64,000 nt of DNA, taken from the NCBI GenBank assembly GCA_032718475.1, contig JAUCBJ010000735.1:47444-111443 (forward strand), given 5' to 3'. Shown here one piece after another: positions 35,001 through 47,356 of this stretch. The translations under genes were made by a program, and so were the position numbers. The notes beneath the pieces were generated by a model that was not told where the DNA came from, ran no database searches, and was given only the letters and a program-made list of their open reading frames with translations. This DNA comes from Nemertoderma westbladi (Eukaryota; Animalia; Xenacoelomorpha). Each line of letters opens with the position of its first letter. The stretch's first letter is position 1.

Positions 35001-36941
35001 AAAGACACTGAAAGATCTTACTATGACAACAAAACGCCTAAAGACCAGGTAAGTAAATTCAAGTCTCGAACCAATGACAGGAGAGAACAGGTAAGAAAAA
35101 CTCCTCCTACGTCTCCCAAGAGAATTCAGGTGAGAAAGCCCGAGGAAAGAACGAACGTGCACCACACAGCACATGTTAAAGTAAGTAACATCAAACCCAA
35201 ATGTGTGCTGTGCGACGGGCCCCACCGCTTGAATATGTGCGATGAATTCTTAAAGAAATCATTAAAAGAGAGACGGGAAGTCATGTGGGATAAGCGGTTG
35301 TGTTATAATTGCCTCAGAAGAGGACACCAACGGCGAACCTGTTACTCCGACGCAAGGTGTGCAAAGTGCGGTGCGAAACATCATATCTTGTTGCACACTG
35401 AATTCGAGCGAAATAGTCCGAGTCAGGTGAGTGATTCCGAACTACATGTCCAATTCAGTGATGTGAACGACACTGATCAATCTGAGATGGAAGGATTCTA
35501 TACGGACGAATTCTCCGACCAAAACGAATCCTGTTACTTAATAAACACCACCGCAGTGTATCGAGCACTCATGTATGAGAAAGACACAGACAGCGACCTC
35601 ACCCTAACTACTTCAGATCAACAACAATCTTGGAAAGCGCCAACTTCAAATGTAGGAATCCGAGAATTTCCTGTAGTCCAGTTACGGGTCCACGGACCTC
35701 AGAAGAGCTATATAGTGAACGCCCTCCTGGACTCCAGCAGCACAGGAACATTCATCGATAAAGAACTAGCCGAAGACATCTTTGCTGGACAACCCAAGTT
35801 CCGAACCAAGCTAAACATGTCAGGGATCATGCAAGTTTGGAAATCTGCTGTGGCTGCTGACTATTATATAGGTGAGTTGTCCACTCCACAGGATAAACTA
35901 GGAGAACACAATATAAGGTCAGTCAAAATGGTGGCAATAAAGAACTTCGCTACCACCCAAGTGGAACCTTATAATTGGGACGAAGATGATCATGCCCAAC
36001 AACTTAACATTCCTAGATTCGACACCGATTATCCTGGAGTACAAATATTAATCGGTCAAAACGCGCATGAGGCGCTGGAGACATTGGAGAAACGACCTGC
36101 TCAACCGCAACCACTTCAGACCTATGCGGTAAGAACTAGAGTAGGTTGGTACCTTACTGGACCTTCCCGAAGAACGCTCAGAGAAAGACTGCTTCAAGAT
36201 CGCGTCTGCCAGGTGAGTGAATGGGAAGATGATACTAGTGAGGGAGACGACCCAACTGAGGGAACACCATACTCCTCAGATAATGACGATATTAGCTCCA
36301 ATGTAGATCAATGGAGATATTGCCCCAAGAAGTTTAATCCAACTGACATCGCTTCCAGAGGAGCAACTCCTCAAGAACTGACAGATACTACAGACCGGTT
36401 AGGTGAACCCGACTTCCTGAGTAAGGAGGATGAATGGCCTCCCCATCTTACTCCGACTGAGATTAGACCAGCCAAGGGAGCGGAGAAAGTCAAACATAAA
36501 ACCCGGACGGGTGGATCGGAGTTATTTGAACCCGGGATAGATCTGTCGGTATTACATATTGCCAGGGACGATGCCGTGGATCTGGACCTCCCCACCGCGA
36601 GTGGATCCTTCATGAAGATCAGAGAGAGCGATTGGAGCTCTGGAACATCAGACGTCTTGCAGGGACTCTCACCTCTCCTGCAGGGAGCGACGGACCACTA
36701 TAGCTCCTGGAATCGGCTTTGTAAGGCCGTCGTGTACCTAGAGCGATGTTTCTATCGTCACTATTCCAGGACGAAGAGGAAACCTGGAATTGTATTCGGG
36801 ATGCAGCGACTCAATCACCCAGTCGGTCGTTTGTGTTTACCGGAAGGGAATGGAGGACTCTCCGGAAACTGTGGAAGGCAAGATTCTCTTCCCACGACCA
36901 CCGCCCTAATCCTTCAAACATCTAGGGACTCCCCAACTTAA
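32025..36941 (+). CDS. Element C intact Gag-protease ORF (1638 aa) with vestigial pol tail
   Basis: Gag with CVLCDGPHRLNMC, CYNCLRRGHQRRTC, CAKCGAKHHILLH; protease LLDSSSTGTFI. Then only QWRYCP..NPTDIASRG, YSSWNRL and PVGRLCL remnants; no YxDD and no DDE core. Confidence 0.92.
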   Translation: MSDTKQNLSDSLLDVTICDSDKGVESSTPKFSSPPTVRKVIPPVVITEPRLVQHRRSIIGTRAQVKRDQKAAEQQPPASQELISQRPDSSSSEDTVELTPERGARMTDAVYSDPLLILPAAVLTRLLIAVEEHQIDWARSKRSTKDSYAGYTKEELKSMVESQWNFPGPGLPFDLSEAAWEDIHRMGVAKETIDPAVWKRSAAGYAQGFFSSMERVEKQLLQQPQGPQEQGQLLYQVRERILRIRLILSAFEEASKRRQDTSLQVAVKTWFQRVSRQVQGTAQWKDQLEERSTHGESTDATFSQVESEATAEKPHKRDAIDIYLSDYQRFVGDEELRRRLAGLSPNSEGAQRVLDAIDVDRLAANQAKFDEQLRITRDQEEKVRKKRIEDRKIAAVAEAERKATLAAAAAAAAEAKAAAVAEAERRAAEEIAQLELENLQEKQDDFSKQLTASNMQMMNRSTPKRQGYTSSEEGDTTDTEGGGNRACLSRRKRTFHRQKLPDLPPAVRRQLNNTNLASTEPTEQIITIERLPTIVDEPEIIRPVPEATLSVVETPVLPEPTSQFPLHSTKLPVPSRTAHETVHALDSERNIHDLSPVVPRPPATMLADPVSAVDWVDERRRGMDILLGKMEENQRRSSQQVRELEGTVQQLKGTVKESRLELQEVQQNIALERDKLVNLQKGIPPPLVTMCQPVRSEVSHAQGVEPTRIYTASEVETPIVNPIKGNYRPVDNDIPYRPDHNPRNLYTDNSILNNTMAQESFTRQMARTEARQAVKVGEIVKFNGDEMKWLPFNEYYKDNIQNSVLSNGEKLRFLIECLEGSPKLMALKFIGHPDGLRQVWDTLNIRYGNRNNIAGYLYAKLVAPRKFISSGIIEFSDEMQEICRQLDWLGKSHEYQNAMVIRAVASTLPKGGVGTRWDKKVLYMMEQQRRDPTMADLMSFLDGEVKLQLLRQSREKTLENKVSEKPVSRRRVIPVCYTDDSKSQTSQGEDSGKDTERSYYDNKTPKDQVSKFKSRTNDRREQVRKTPPTSPKRIQVRKPEERTNVHHTAHVKVSNIKPKCVLCDGPHRLNMCDEFLKKSLKERREVMWDKRLCYNCLRRGHQRRTCYSDARCAKCGAKHHILLHTEFERNSPSQVSDSELHVQFSDVNDTDQSEMEGFYTDEFSDQNESCYLINTTAVYRALMYEKDTDSDLTLTTSDQQQSWKAPTSNVGIREFPVVQLRVHGPQKSYIVNALLDSSSTGTFIDKELAEDIFAGQPKFRTKLNMSGIMQVWKSAVAADYYIGELSTPQDKLGEHNIRSVKMVAIKNFATTQVEPYNWDEDDHAQQLNIPRFDTDYPGVQILIGQNAHEALETLEKRPAQPQPLQTYAVRTRVGWYLTGPSRRTLRERLLQDRVCQVSEWEDDTSEGDDPTEGTPYSSDNDDISSNVDQWRYCPKKFNPTDIASRGATPQELTDTTDRLGEPDFLSKEDEWPPHLTPTEIRPAKGAEKVKHKTRTGGSELFEPGIDLSVLHIARDDAVDLDLPTASGSFMKIRESDWSSGTSDVLQGLSPLLQGATDHYSSWNRLCKAVVYLERCFYRHYSRTKRKPGIVFGMQRLNHPVGRLCLPEGNGGLSGNCGRQDSLPTTTALILQTSRDSPT

Positions 36942-37484
36942 CAACGGCTGGAGTGGGTGTGTGACCATATTATTTTATTTTGTATTTGTTTTATTTTTAT
37001 ATTTATGTATGTATTATTATGTAATTTTATTTTAATCGTTTTATTTAATTTTATTTAGTAGTATGGTTATTTAGTGATTATTTAGTAGATTAGTGCAATA
37101 TATTAGTGTTAATTACGTAATTACTTATATTATATTTAGTGTGACGGTGAGAAACAAGTGTTTTTCTCTTTCCTTACTGTCCGTATTACATTACAAATAC
37201 GTAACTACAGTAAGATGAAATGTCCGTACTTATTAAAGTACAATAAAGCTCCTACTATACTTAAGTATTATTGGTAGGCAGAGTATTAGGAATGCAAAGT
37301 TCAGATCCTCGTGTCTCGGCTAAACCAAGCTCTGGGTAGACCTTGGAAACGACTTGCCTCTTCACACTGACATTGCTTCGTGCGATATTGCTCTCATACC
37401 GTATATTAAATAATACATATAGTAGCGTGATGTCCCTTTAACAGTAGCGTATAACGCAAAATAAATCTGTTAAACCCTTTGACC

Positions 37485-37770
37485 ATCTGCAATTCTAGTC
37501 GATTAAGATATCGCGGCACCCACCGATATACTTGAAAGACAAATTTTAGAATCAGTGGTTAACGTCCCCAGACAAGTTCTGGAATAAATTGGTGCCCATC
37601 TCAAATATTAATTATTTAATATTTGCAAATCTAATAAATCAAAATCTGTAAAATTCAGATCCTTCAACAATTCTAGTCAATTAAGATATCGTAGCATTTA
37701 CCGATATTCTTAAAAGGACAATTTTCATAGAATTAAGGATCTTGTGTCCCCAGACATGTTCTAGACTCAA
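37485..37770 (+). repeat. ~180-bp-period imperfect duplication in the 3' internal region of C (A equivalent ~43765-44030)
   Basis: AATTCTAGTC.ATTAAGATATCG...GTCCCCAGACA.GTTCT occurs twice. Confidence 0.8.
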
Positions 37771-38591
37771 AATATGTCCATTTAATTATCAAATAATAAA
37801 ATTTCAGGGAATAAATTTAAATTCATGCCTTTTAATGAATTTAATAAATTGCCATTTTTACGCAATTTATAACATTCCCAAAATTCCATTAATTAATAGA
37901 TCAAGGGAGCGGAGATTTATCTTATTATGCGTATGAGTGTACGAAAGTCTCCCAAACATGGTCAATAGCCGATAAAATTCATAAAGTCATGTATCAAACA
38001 GGACATTGACTATTAAAGAATTACTATTAAATAACATCCCAGATCTGTATGCATGGGAATTACTCTAATTCTACCGCTAGCTTTGCATAATGTCACCATG
38101 GCAACAACCACGCTAGAATTAGAATTGAGTTAAAAGAACAATAGAAAGCTTGTCCCATTGAATAGCATAGGGAATAAATAGTGCACTGCTAGTATCCAAG
38201 GATACATAATAATACAGTGACATTCTGGAAGGCATTGACTAACGGACAAATGGCCCGAATGTGCGTAGTTGTGACCAGTTGTGTGGTATTTGTGAGTTTA
38301 TAGGTGAATGTTACTGCTAAAGTGTGTTTACAGTAGCTAGTCGCAATCGTGAAAGTAACCTAACTCTCCAAGGAAAACCTGAAGTACATCTAAGCCTTTG
38401 GGACGGACAGTGGAGTGACTTGTGCCGGTTGTCGTTGTCGTTGTGCGGCTACGTCGTTGGCGAAAGTACAGCGGCGACGGCACATCGGCGCTGAGGATCT
38501 CGTACTGTCCGGGGGTTGATTGGGGTAGGCAGCGACGCCCGCTCGCCTAAATATAAACTCATTATAATATGGATAAATTTATATAGCAGAT

Positions 38592-40110
38592 ATGATTGTG
38601 TTGATAGAAGATGATCTTGGTATCAGGGAGCGATATACTCTACCTTTACAAGCGTTTGTTGATAGCTTGATACACGGCGACGCTGGTCCAACTGCTGCGG
38701 AGGACGATGATCGTTATATCGAACCGCCAATGTCCCAAGAGCAGCTCACGCGTGAGTTGGACTATAAGAAATTCACCGCTCGCTATACGCATCGTAATGG
38801 TACGTATGTGGACTTCTTAACTACTGGTCATCCTATCGATTTACACGATACGGACAATGTCGACACCAAAAGGGAAATGGTACGATTGAAATATCCTACC
38901 CAGCGGAGGCGGAACGATAAACCGAGAATGGAACACGAGAATCTATTCGAAACAGACTCGAAAGAGAAGACGTTGAGGAGCCGGATAAACGCAGCGACTT
39001 CAACGATTATCTGGAATTCCTGATAGAAACATATCTCAATATTGTCAGTCAACAAAATCTAGAAACTCGATATCCTCAAGGTATACATCATGACCGCATG
39101 GTAGAACTCAAACGGCTCGACTCCCCTATGATGTATCTTACCGCCGATCGACCGCTACCTGTTGTACCGGATAGCTTCGAACGGATGGAGGAATATTGTA
39201 AGCTGGAGAAAGATCACTCGCGTTTCCCCTACAAGACGTACGTTTTTGGGTATTATTGCGATGAATGCCCAAGACCCAACCAACAAACGGAAAGACATAA
39301 ACATCCGCGGAGACGTTGCTTTAAACACGGTTTTACTCGCTATACTTTCAGGAGTTTCGAGCGAAACTTGTTCAATGTATCACCTACGCTCGTTCGACTC
39401 AGACGATCCTTAAATAAACCAATGATCAGAGTTTCGGAATACTCGATCAGAGCTCCTCATTCCCTAGTGAGACCTCAGACTCTTGATCCTATTAGTATGA
39501 CGGATCCTCCCGAGCTGTACTCACTGCTCAAAGATCTAGTGTTACCTGAACGATTAGTCGGTGGCACCCCAGTTGTGGGTTTCTTAGATATTAGCCCATC
39601 CTATCTAGCCGGATTGGGACGCGGACATTTAATATCGCCGTTTAACCCTTACCATCGTCCCGGCTTGACACGATATAACCTGTCACCAGAGTGGCGGAGA
39701 ACGTTGTACCAAACGAGTTAAACGCTATTCTACAAAGATCAGAAAGGAAACCTACGTTTGTTCAGATAAACGTAAGTTGTAGCAGCAAGTCCAAGCGATA
39801 AACGAATTGTCTTTATCTCAGTTCGATTGTGAAATCCAGAATCTCTAAGAAGATATCGCACTTAGACAACCCCATTCTCTGCGAGAGTTTTTGGATGAAC
39901 GTATCCAGCTACGAGCGGAGGAAAATCAGCTCGAGGAGAAGCATATCGAAACGGCGGATACCCCGACCATAATCCTACACCTTCTGATGCAATCATATTG
40001 CACCCTTCACCCAGGATTTATAGCCCTCCTAGTAAAGTGGCTCCCCCCAAAGAGAAAAGGACTCTTGCTAGCCTCAAAAAACTGCGTAAACGCCGTCTGC
40101 GTAAGAAAGA
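38592..40110 (+). pseudogene. Element C accessory ORF, frameshifted; homologue of the B 272-aa ORF
   Basis: A 1-nt deletion near 38941 (relative to A) separates ORFs 38592-39023 and 39098-39721; stops occur further downstream. Motifs YLTADRPLP, YYCDEC, RCFKH, NPYH. Confidence 0.75.
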
Positions 40111-41368
40111 CTAACTGTTTAGAGTATTCTTATATTTTAGAAACCGTGATTTGTTATATTTTATAGACTTAAATCCCATTTTCTGGGAGCGGTGTAAAAG
40201 CTTTTGCGTCATTAACCGGTTATTTTCCCTTAAAGTACTCTGTAGTTGGTTTGCCAGGCATAAAAGGGCCGTGTCCTTGCTGTACTGGTGTTTTAGAGGA
40301 CATAAATGTCATTTCTTATGTATTTGTACTGTATTTGTACTTTAGAGGACATAATCCGCAATCTCGTGACGCGATAAGCTAGATACTCTTGAAAACAGTG
40401 TCGCTACCATGACGACGGCTAACAGCTGATATTGCCACGTCGACGTTTCTTTGTTTCTTTGTTCTCTCGTTGTTCGGTTGACCAATCAGAGCGTTTGTTG
40501 TCTCTGTGTTGGAGGTGTATACAGAGGCTCAGTAGTTCAGTGTTATGTTTTTGCCCAGAGCCTAAGAACCGGCTTTTGGCACCTCCGTGTTTTCAGTTTT
40601 TAGTCTTACACTAGTAGGCTTAATTATAAGGACATATATCCGTTATCATAACATACCATACCTAATCAAACAACCTGTGCATACTTTTATATTGTTATAC
40701 TGCTATTTACTGTCAGTTCTTCATAATATGGTTGATGAATTATTATATTTGGAATAACGATAAATAACCCCGAAAACCCAATATTCTTGATATACCGAAG
40801 GTAGGAGAGAAAGGTTACATATAACGATTGTGACTTATGTTAAAGTGGTTTGAAGTGAATCTAATGTTATTTGATAGACCCTACATGATTCGGTCCGTGT
40901 TCCTTTTATATGTGACTAAAATCAGTGAAGATCGGCAGATTAGTGTGCAGTATTGTGCAGCATTGTGTATTAGTGAGACTGATAACGAAGCATTTCCTAA
41001 AGAATGCGCCATATATGTGAATTGTAACTAAGCCATATCGTTGTGAGTAGTTTAAGTCATAACTCTGTTTATATAGATAGAGCGCCACGTCCTAAAGGAA
41101 CTGTTAATATTCCCCGAAGGTGAATAATATTGTCAGAGATTATATAATACTGTCAGTCGAATAATACATTAGGCTTACATAGCAATACGATTAAGCCGTC
41201 GAACCCAATCTCCCGGGTATATCCAGCGGGTGAATGATCGCGCACCGATTGGTTTCGACTAGTGTAGTGAATCAAATACTTGTCAGAGGCTAAAAGTGAT
41301 TTATTATCTAGAAGACATCCTAATTTGGCGGGTTAAACTGCCAAAGGTCTGAAAGCGCGAACAAACTC

Positions 41369-43206
41369 CTCCTACGTCTCCTAAGATAATTCAGGTAAGA
41401 AAGCCCGAAGAAAGAACGAGTGTGCACAACGTTATTCAAAATAAGGTAAGTAACATCAAACCGAAATGTGCGCTATGTGACGGGACCCACCGTTTGAATG
41501 TGTGTGATGAATTCCTAAAGAAATCATTAAAGGATAGACGGGAAGTCATGTGGGATAAGCGGTTGTGTTATAATTGCCTCAGACAAGGACACCAACGGCG
41601 AACCTGTTACTCCGACGCAAGGTGTGTGAAGTGCGGCGCAAAACATCATCTCTTGTTGCACACTGAATTCGAACGAAACAGCCCGAGTCAGGTAAGTGAC
41701 TCCGAACTACATGTCCAATTCAGTGATGTGAACGACACTGACCAAAGTTCTGAGATGGAAGGATTCTATACGGATGAATTCTCCGACGAAGATGAATCCT
41801 GTTACATGATAAATACCGCAGTGTATCGAGCACTTACGTATGAAAAAGACACAGACAGCGACCTCACCCTAACTACTTCTGACCGACAACCATCTTGGAA
41901 AGCGCCAACTTCCAATGTAGGAATCCGAGAATTTCCTGTAGTACAGTTAAGGGTCCATGGACCTAAAAGGAGTTATATAGTGAACGCCCTCCTTGACTCC
42001 GGTAGCACAGGAACATTCATCGACAAAGAACTAGCCGAAGAAATCTTTACTGGACAACCCAAGTTCCGAACTAAGTTAAACATGTCAGGAATTATGCAGG
42101 TTTGGAAATCTACAGTAGTAGCGGATTATTAAGTAGGTGCGTTGTCCACCCCCCAGGATGAACTAGGAGAACACAGTATAAGGTCAGTAAAAATGGTGAC
42201 GATAAAGAACTTCGCTACCAGCCAAGTAGAACCTTATAACTGGGATGAGGACGATTCCACCCAGCAACTTAATATACCTAGATTCAACACAGATTACCCT
42301 GGAGTGCAAATACTCATCGGCCAAAATGCGCATGAGGCGCTTGAGACATTGGAGAAACGGCCTGCTCAACCGCAACCACTACAAGCCTATGCGGGAAGAA
42401 CTAGAGTGGGTTGGTACTTTACTGGCCCTTCCCGTAGAACTCTCATGGAAAGATTACCAAAAGAACAGGTATATCAATTAAGTGAATGGGAAGTGGAGAG
42501 CAGTGAAATTGACGACCCAACTGAGGGAACACCATACTCCTCAGATAATGACGATCTTAACTCCAATGTAGATCAATGGAGATATTGCCCCGAGACGATT
42601 AATCTAGCCGACATCGCTTCCAGAGGAGCAACTCATCAGGAACTGACAGATACTCCATACTGGTTAGGTAGACCCGACTTCCTAAGTAAAGAAGATGAAT
42701 GGCCTCCCCATCTTACCACGGCTGAGATTAGACAAGCCAAGGGAGCGGAGAAAGTCAAACCTAAAACCCGGACGAGTAAATCAAGGTTATTTAAACCCGT
42801 GATAGATCTGTCTGTACTACACATTGCCAGGGACGACGCTGTGGATCTAAACTCCCCCACCGCGAACCGATCTGTTGTGGAGATCAGAGAGAGAGACTGG
42901 AGATCTGGAACACCGGACGTCTCGCCGGGACTCTCACCTCTCCTGCCGGGAGCGATGGACCACTATGGATCCTGGAATCGGCTTTGTAAGGCCGTCGTGT
43001 ATTTGAAGCGATGTTTCTATCGTCACTATTCCAGGACGAAGAGGAAACCTGGAATTGTATTCGAGACACAGCAGCTCAATCGCCCAGTTGGTCGTTTATG
43101 TTTACTGGAACGAGACCGAGAACTGTCCGGAAACTATGGAAGGCAAGATACTCTTCCCACGACCACCTCCCTAATCCAACAAACATCTAGGGACTCCCCA
43201 ATGTGA
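41369..43206 (+). pseudogene. Element A gag zinc fingers, protease and vestigial pol tail (3' part)
   Basis: Resumes right after the TSD. LLDSGSTGTFI; in-frame TAA at 42130-42132; same pol deletions as C. Confidence 0.9.
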
Positions 43207-44849
43207 CAGCGTCTGGAGTGGGTGTGTGACTATATTATTTTATATTTGTTTTTATTATTTTATATTTATGTATGTATTATTATGTAATTTTATTATAATC
43301 GTTTTCTTTAATTTTATTTAGTAGAATGTTATTTTAGCGATTATTTAGTAGATTAGTGCAATATATATTCGAGTTTATTACTTAATTACTTATATATTAT
43401 ATATTTAGTGCGACGGCGAGAAATAATTATTTTTCTCTTTCCTTACTGCCCGGCCGTATTACATTAAAAATACGTGACTACAGTAAGATGAAATATCCGT
43501 ACTTATTAAAGTACAATAAAGCTCCTACTATATTCAAGTATTATTGGTAAAGTAGAGTATTAGGAATGCAAAATTCAGATCCTCGTGTCTCGGCTAAACC
43601 AAGCTCTGGGTAGACCTTGGAAACGACTTGCCTCTTCTCACTGACATTGCTTCGTGCGATATTGCTCTCATACCGTATATTAAATAATACATATAGTAGT
43701 GTGATGTCCCTTTAACAGTAGCGTATAATGCAAAATAAATCTGTTAAACCCTTTGACCATCTGCAATTCTAGTCGATTAAGATATCGCGGCACCCACCGA
43801 TATACTTGAAAGACAAAATTCTAGAATCAGTGGTTAACGTCCCCAGACAAGTTCTGGAATAAACTGGTGCCCATCCTAAATATTAACTATTAATATTTAT
43901 AAAATCTGTCAAATTTTCGATCCTTTAAAATTCTAGTCTATTAAGATATCGTAGCACTTACCGATATTCTTAAAAAGACCAATTTCCTAGAATCAAGGAT
44001 CCCAGTCCCCAGACATGTTCTGGAATAAAATTGTGTCTATTTAATATTAAATAATAAAATTTACGGGAATAAATTTAAATTCATATTGTAATGAATTTGA
44101 TAAATTGTCATTTTTATACAATTTATAACATTCCCAAAATTCCATCAATTAATAGATCATGGGAGCGGAGATTCACCTTATTAAGTGTATTAGTGTGCGA
44201 GAATCTCCAATATATAGTCAATAGTCGATAAAATTCATAAAATCATGTATAAAGAGGAATATTGACAATTAAAGAATTACTATTAAATAGCATCCCAAAT
44301 CTGTATGCATGAGAATTACCCTAATTCTACTGCTAGCTTTCCATAATGTCACCATGGCAACAACCACGCTAGAATTAGAAGTGAGTTAAAAGAACAATAA
44401 AGGCTTGCCCCATTGAATAGCATAAGGAATAAATAGCACACTGCTAGTATCCAAAGATACCCAATAATAACGTGACATTCTGGAAGGCACTTGACTAACG
44501 TACAAATGGCCCGAATGTGTGAGGTTTGTGACAGTTGTGTGGAATTTGTGCGTTTATAGGTGAATGTTACTACTAAAGTGTGTTTACAGTAGCGAGTCGC
44601 AATTGTGAAAGTAGCCCTAACTCTCCAGTAAGAACCTGAAGTAAATCTAAGCCTTTGGGACGGACGGTGGAGTGACTCGCGCTGGTTGTTGTGGTCGTTG
44701 TGCAGCTACTACGTTGGCGATTGGCACATCGGCGAAAGTACACCAGCACTGAGGATCTTGCGCTGTCCGGGGGCCGAGAGGGGTAGGCAGCGACGCCCGC
44801 TAGCCTAAATATCAACTCATTATAATATTGATAAACTCATATAGCAGCT

Positions 44850-46208
44850 ATGACTCAGTTGATAGAAGATGATCTTGGTATCAGGGAGAAATATACTCTA
44901 CCGTTGCAAGCATTTGTTGATAGCTTGATACTCAGCGACGCTAGTCCAACTACTACGGAGGACGATGGTCGTTATATCGAACCGCCGATGTCCCAGGAGC
45001 AACTTACGCGTGAATTGGACTATCGAAAATTCACTGCTCGCTATACGCATTGTAATGGTACGTATATGGACTTCTTAACTACTGGCCATCCTATCGATTT
45101 ACACGATACGGACGATATCGACACCGAAAGGGAAATGGTCCTATTTAAATATCATACCCAGTGGAGTCGGAACGATAAATTGAGAATCGAATGCGAAAAT
45201 TCTATTCGAAATCGACTCGAAAGAGAAGACGTTAAAGAACCGGATAAACGCGGTAACTCCAACGTATATTTGGAATTCTTGAGAGAAACATTGTAAAACC
45301 GAATAAATATCACCCGCGTTTCCCCTACAAGACGTGCGTCTTTGGTATTATTGCAATGAATGCCCAAGACCCAACCAACAAACGGAAAGACATAAACATC
45401 CGTAGAGACGTTGCTTTAAACACGGTTTTACTCGCTATATTTACGGGAGTTTCGAGCGAAACTTGTTCGATGTATCACCTACGCTCGCTCGATTCAAACA
45501 ATCCTTAAATAAACCTATGATCAGAGTTCCGGAATACTCGGTCAGACCTCCTCATTCCCTAGTTAGACCTCAGACTCTTGATCCTAATAGTATCACGGAT
45601 CCTCCCGAACTGTACTCACTGTTCAAAGATCTAGTGTTACCCGAACAGTTAGTCGGTGGCACTCCGGTTGTGGGCTCCCTAAATATTCGCCCATCTTACC
45701 TAGTCGGATTGGGACGCGGACATCTAATATCGTCATTCAACCGTATCATCGTCCCTGTTTAACCCGATACAACCTGTCACCGAGGCGGAGGAGAGAGTTG
45801 TACGAAACGCGTTGGACACTATTCGTCAAAAGAGCGGAAAATGAACCTACAATTGTTTAGAGAAACGTAAATTGCAGCAGCAAGTCCAAGCGGTAAACGA
45901 ATTAACTTTATCTCAGTTCGATCAGGAAATTCAGAATCTCTAAGAAGATATCGAACTTGGACGACCCTATTCTCTGCAAGAGTTTTGGACGAACGCATCC
46001 AACGATAAGCGGAGGAAAATCAGCTCGAGGAGAAGCATATCGAAATGGACGAGACATCGACCATAACCTTAAACCTTCAGACGCAATTGTATTGCACCCT
46101 TTACCCAAGGGTTATAGCCCTCCTAGTAAAGTGGCTCGCCCCAAAGAGAAAAGGACTCTTGCTAGCCTCAAAAAACTGCGTAAACGCCGTCCGCACAAGA
46201 AAAACTAA
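44850..46208 (+). pseudogene. Element A accessory ORF, decayed
   Basis: Colinear with 38592-40110, with an internal deletion near 45295 and frameshifts. Confidence 0.75.
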
Positions 46209-46285
46209 CTGTTTAGAGTATTTCTATATTTTAGAAACTGTGATTTTTATATTTTATAGAATTAAATCCCATTTTCTGGGAGCGG

Positions 46286-47356
46286 TGTAAAAGCTTTTGC
46301 GGAATTAGCTGGTTATTTTCCCCGCAAAGTACTCTGTATTTGGTTTAACGGACATAAAAAGCCGTTTCCTTACTGTACCGGTGTTTTAGTGGACATAAAA
46401 AGCCATTTCTTCTGTATGTGTACTTTAGCGGACATAACTAGCAATTTTATGTCGCAATACGCTAAAATCCTCTTGACACAGTGTAGTTACTATGACGACG
46501 GCTAACAGCTGATCTGTACACGTGGAGCTTTTCCTTTGTCTCTTTGTTCGGACAACCAATCACAGCGATTCTCCTGATATTTGTACAGAAACCTCCGGGA
46601 AATCGCGCAATGCATTACTGTTTATGTTTACATTTTTTCCTGATGCCAGAAGACCGGCTTTGGAATCTCTGTGTTTTCAGGCTTTAGCAAAACATTAGTA
46701 GGCTTGATCATAGAACGTATAACCGTTATCAAACAAACAATTCATACCTAATCAAACAAAACAATTAAAACACCGCATTTTTACTGCTATTTACTGTCGG
46801 TTATTAATTATATCAGTTGATGGAATATTATTATATTGGGATAATATCGATCAATAATCAGAAACCCCAATCTTCTTGATATACTGAAGGTTAGAGAGAC
46901 CGGTTACATATAACAATTGCGACTTACATTATATTGGTTTTGGAGTGAATCTAATGCTATTTCATAGGCACTACATGAGTCAGTGGTTGTTCTCTTTATA
47001 TGTGACTAAAATTAGTGAAGGTCGGCAGATCGGTGTCTAGTGTAATTCATAACTCTGTTTACATATTTAGAGCGCCACGTCCTAAAGGAACTGTTAATAT
47101 TTCCCGAAAGTGAATAATATTGGTCAGAGATTATATATTAACAATCAGTCGAATAATACAGTAGGCCTACACCGCAATAAGGTCAAAGCTTCCGAATCCA
47201 GTATCCCGGGTATATCCAGCGGGTGAATGGTCGCGCATAGACTGGCTTCGGCTAATGTAGTGTATCAAATACTCGTCATAGGCTAAAGTCGATTTATAAT
47301 CTAGAAGACATCTAAATTTGGCAGGTTAAACTGCTAAAGGTCTGAAAGCGCGAACA
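46286..47356 (+). repeat. Element A 3' LTR (1071 bp)
   Basis: TGTAAAAGC...GCGAACA, followed by TSD TCGAT. Confidence 0.95.

Larger units (their letters stand above)
28564..41363 (+). mobile_element. Element C: non-autonomous BEL/Pao element, sister subfamily of A, nested in A gag
   Basis: TSD AACTC at 28559-28563 and 41364-41368. 1171-bp LTRs at 28564-29734 and 40193-41363 (~6 differences seen). PPT GGGAGCGG at 40185-40192. Confidence 0.97.
2578..47356 (+). mobile_element. Element A: non-autonomous BEL/Pao LTR retrotransposon (outer element, interrupted by B and C)
   Basis: TGT...ACA termini; TSD TCGAT at 2573-2577 and 47357-47361. 5' LTR = 2578-2635 + 22076-23184; 3' LTR = 46286-47356; PPT GGGAGCGG at 46278-46285. 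BEL-type gag with triple zinc finger and protease. Confidence 0.95.
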
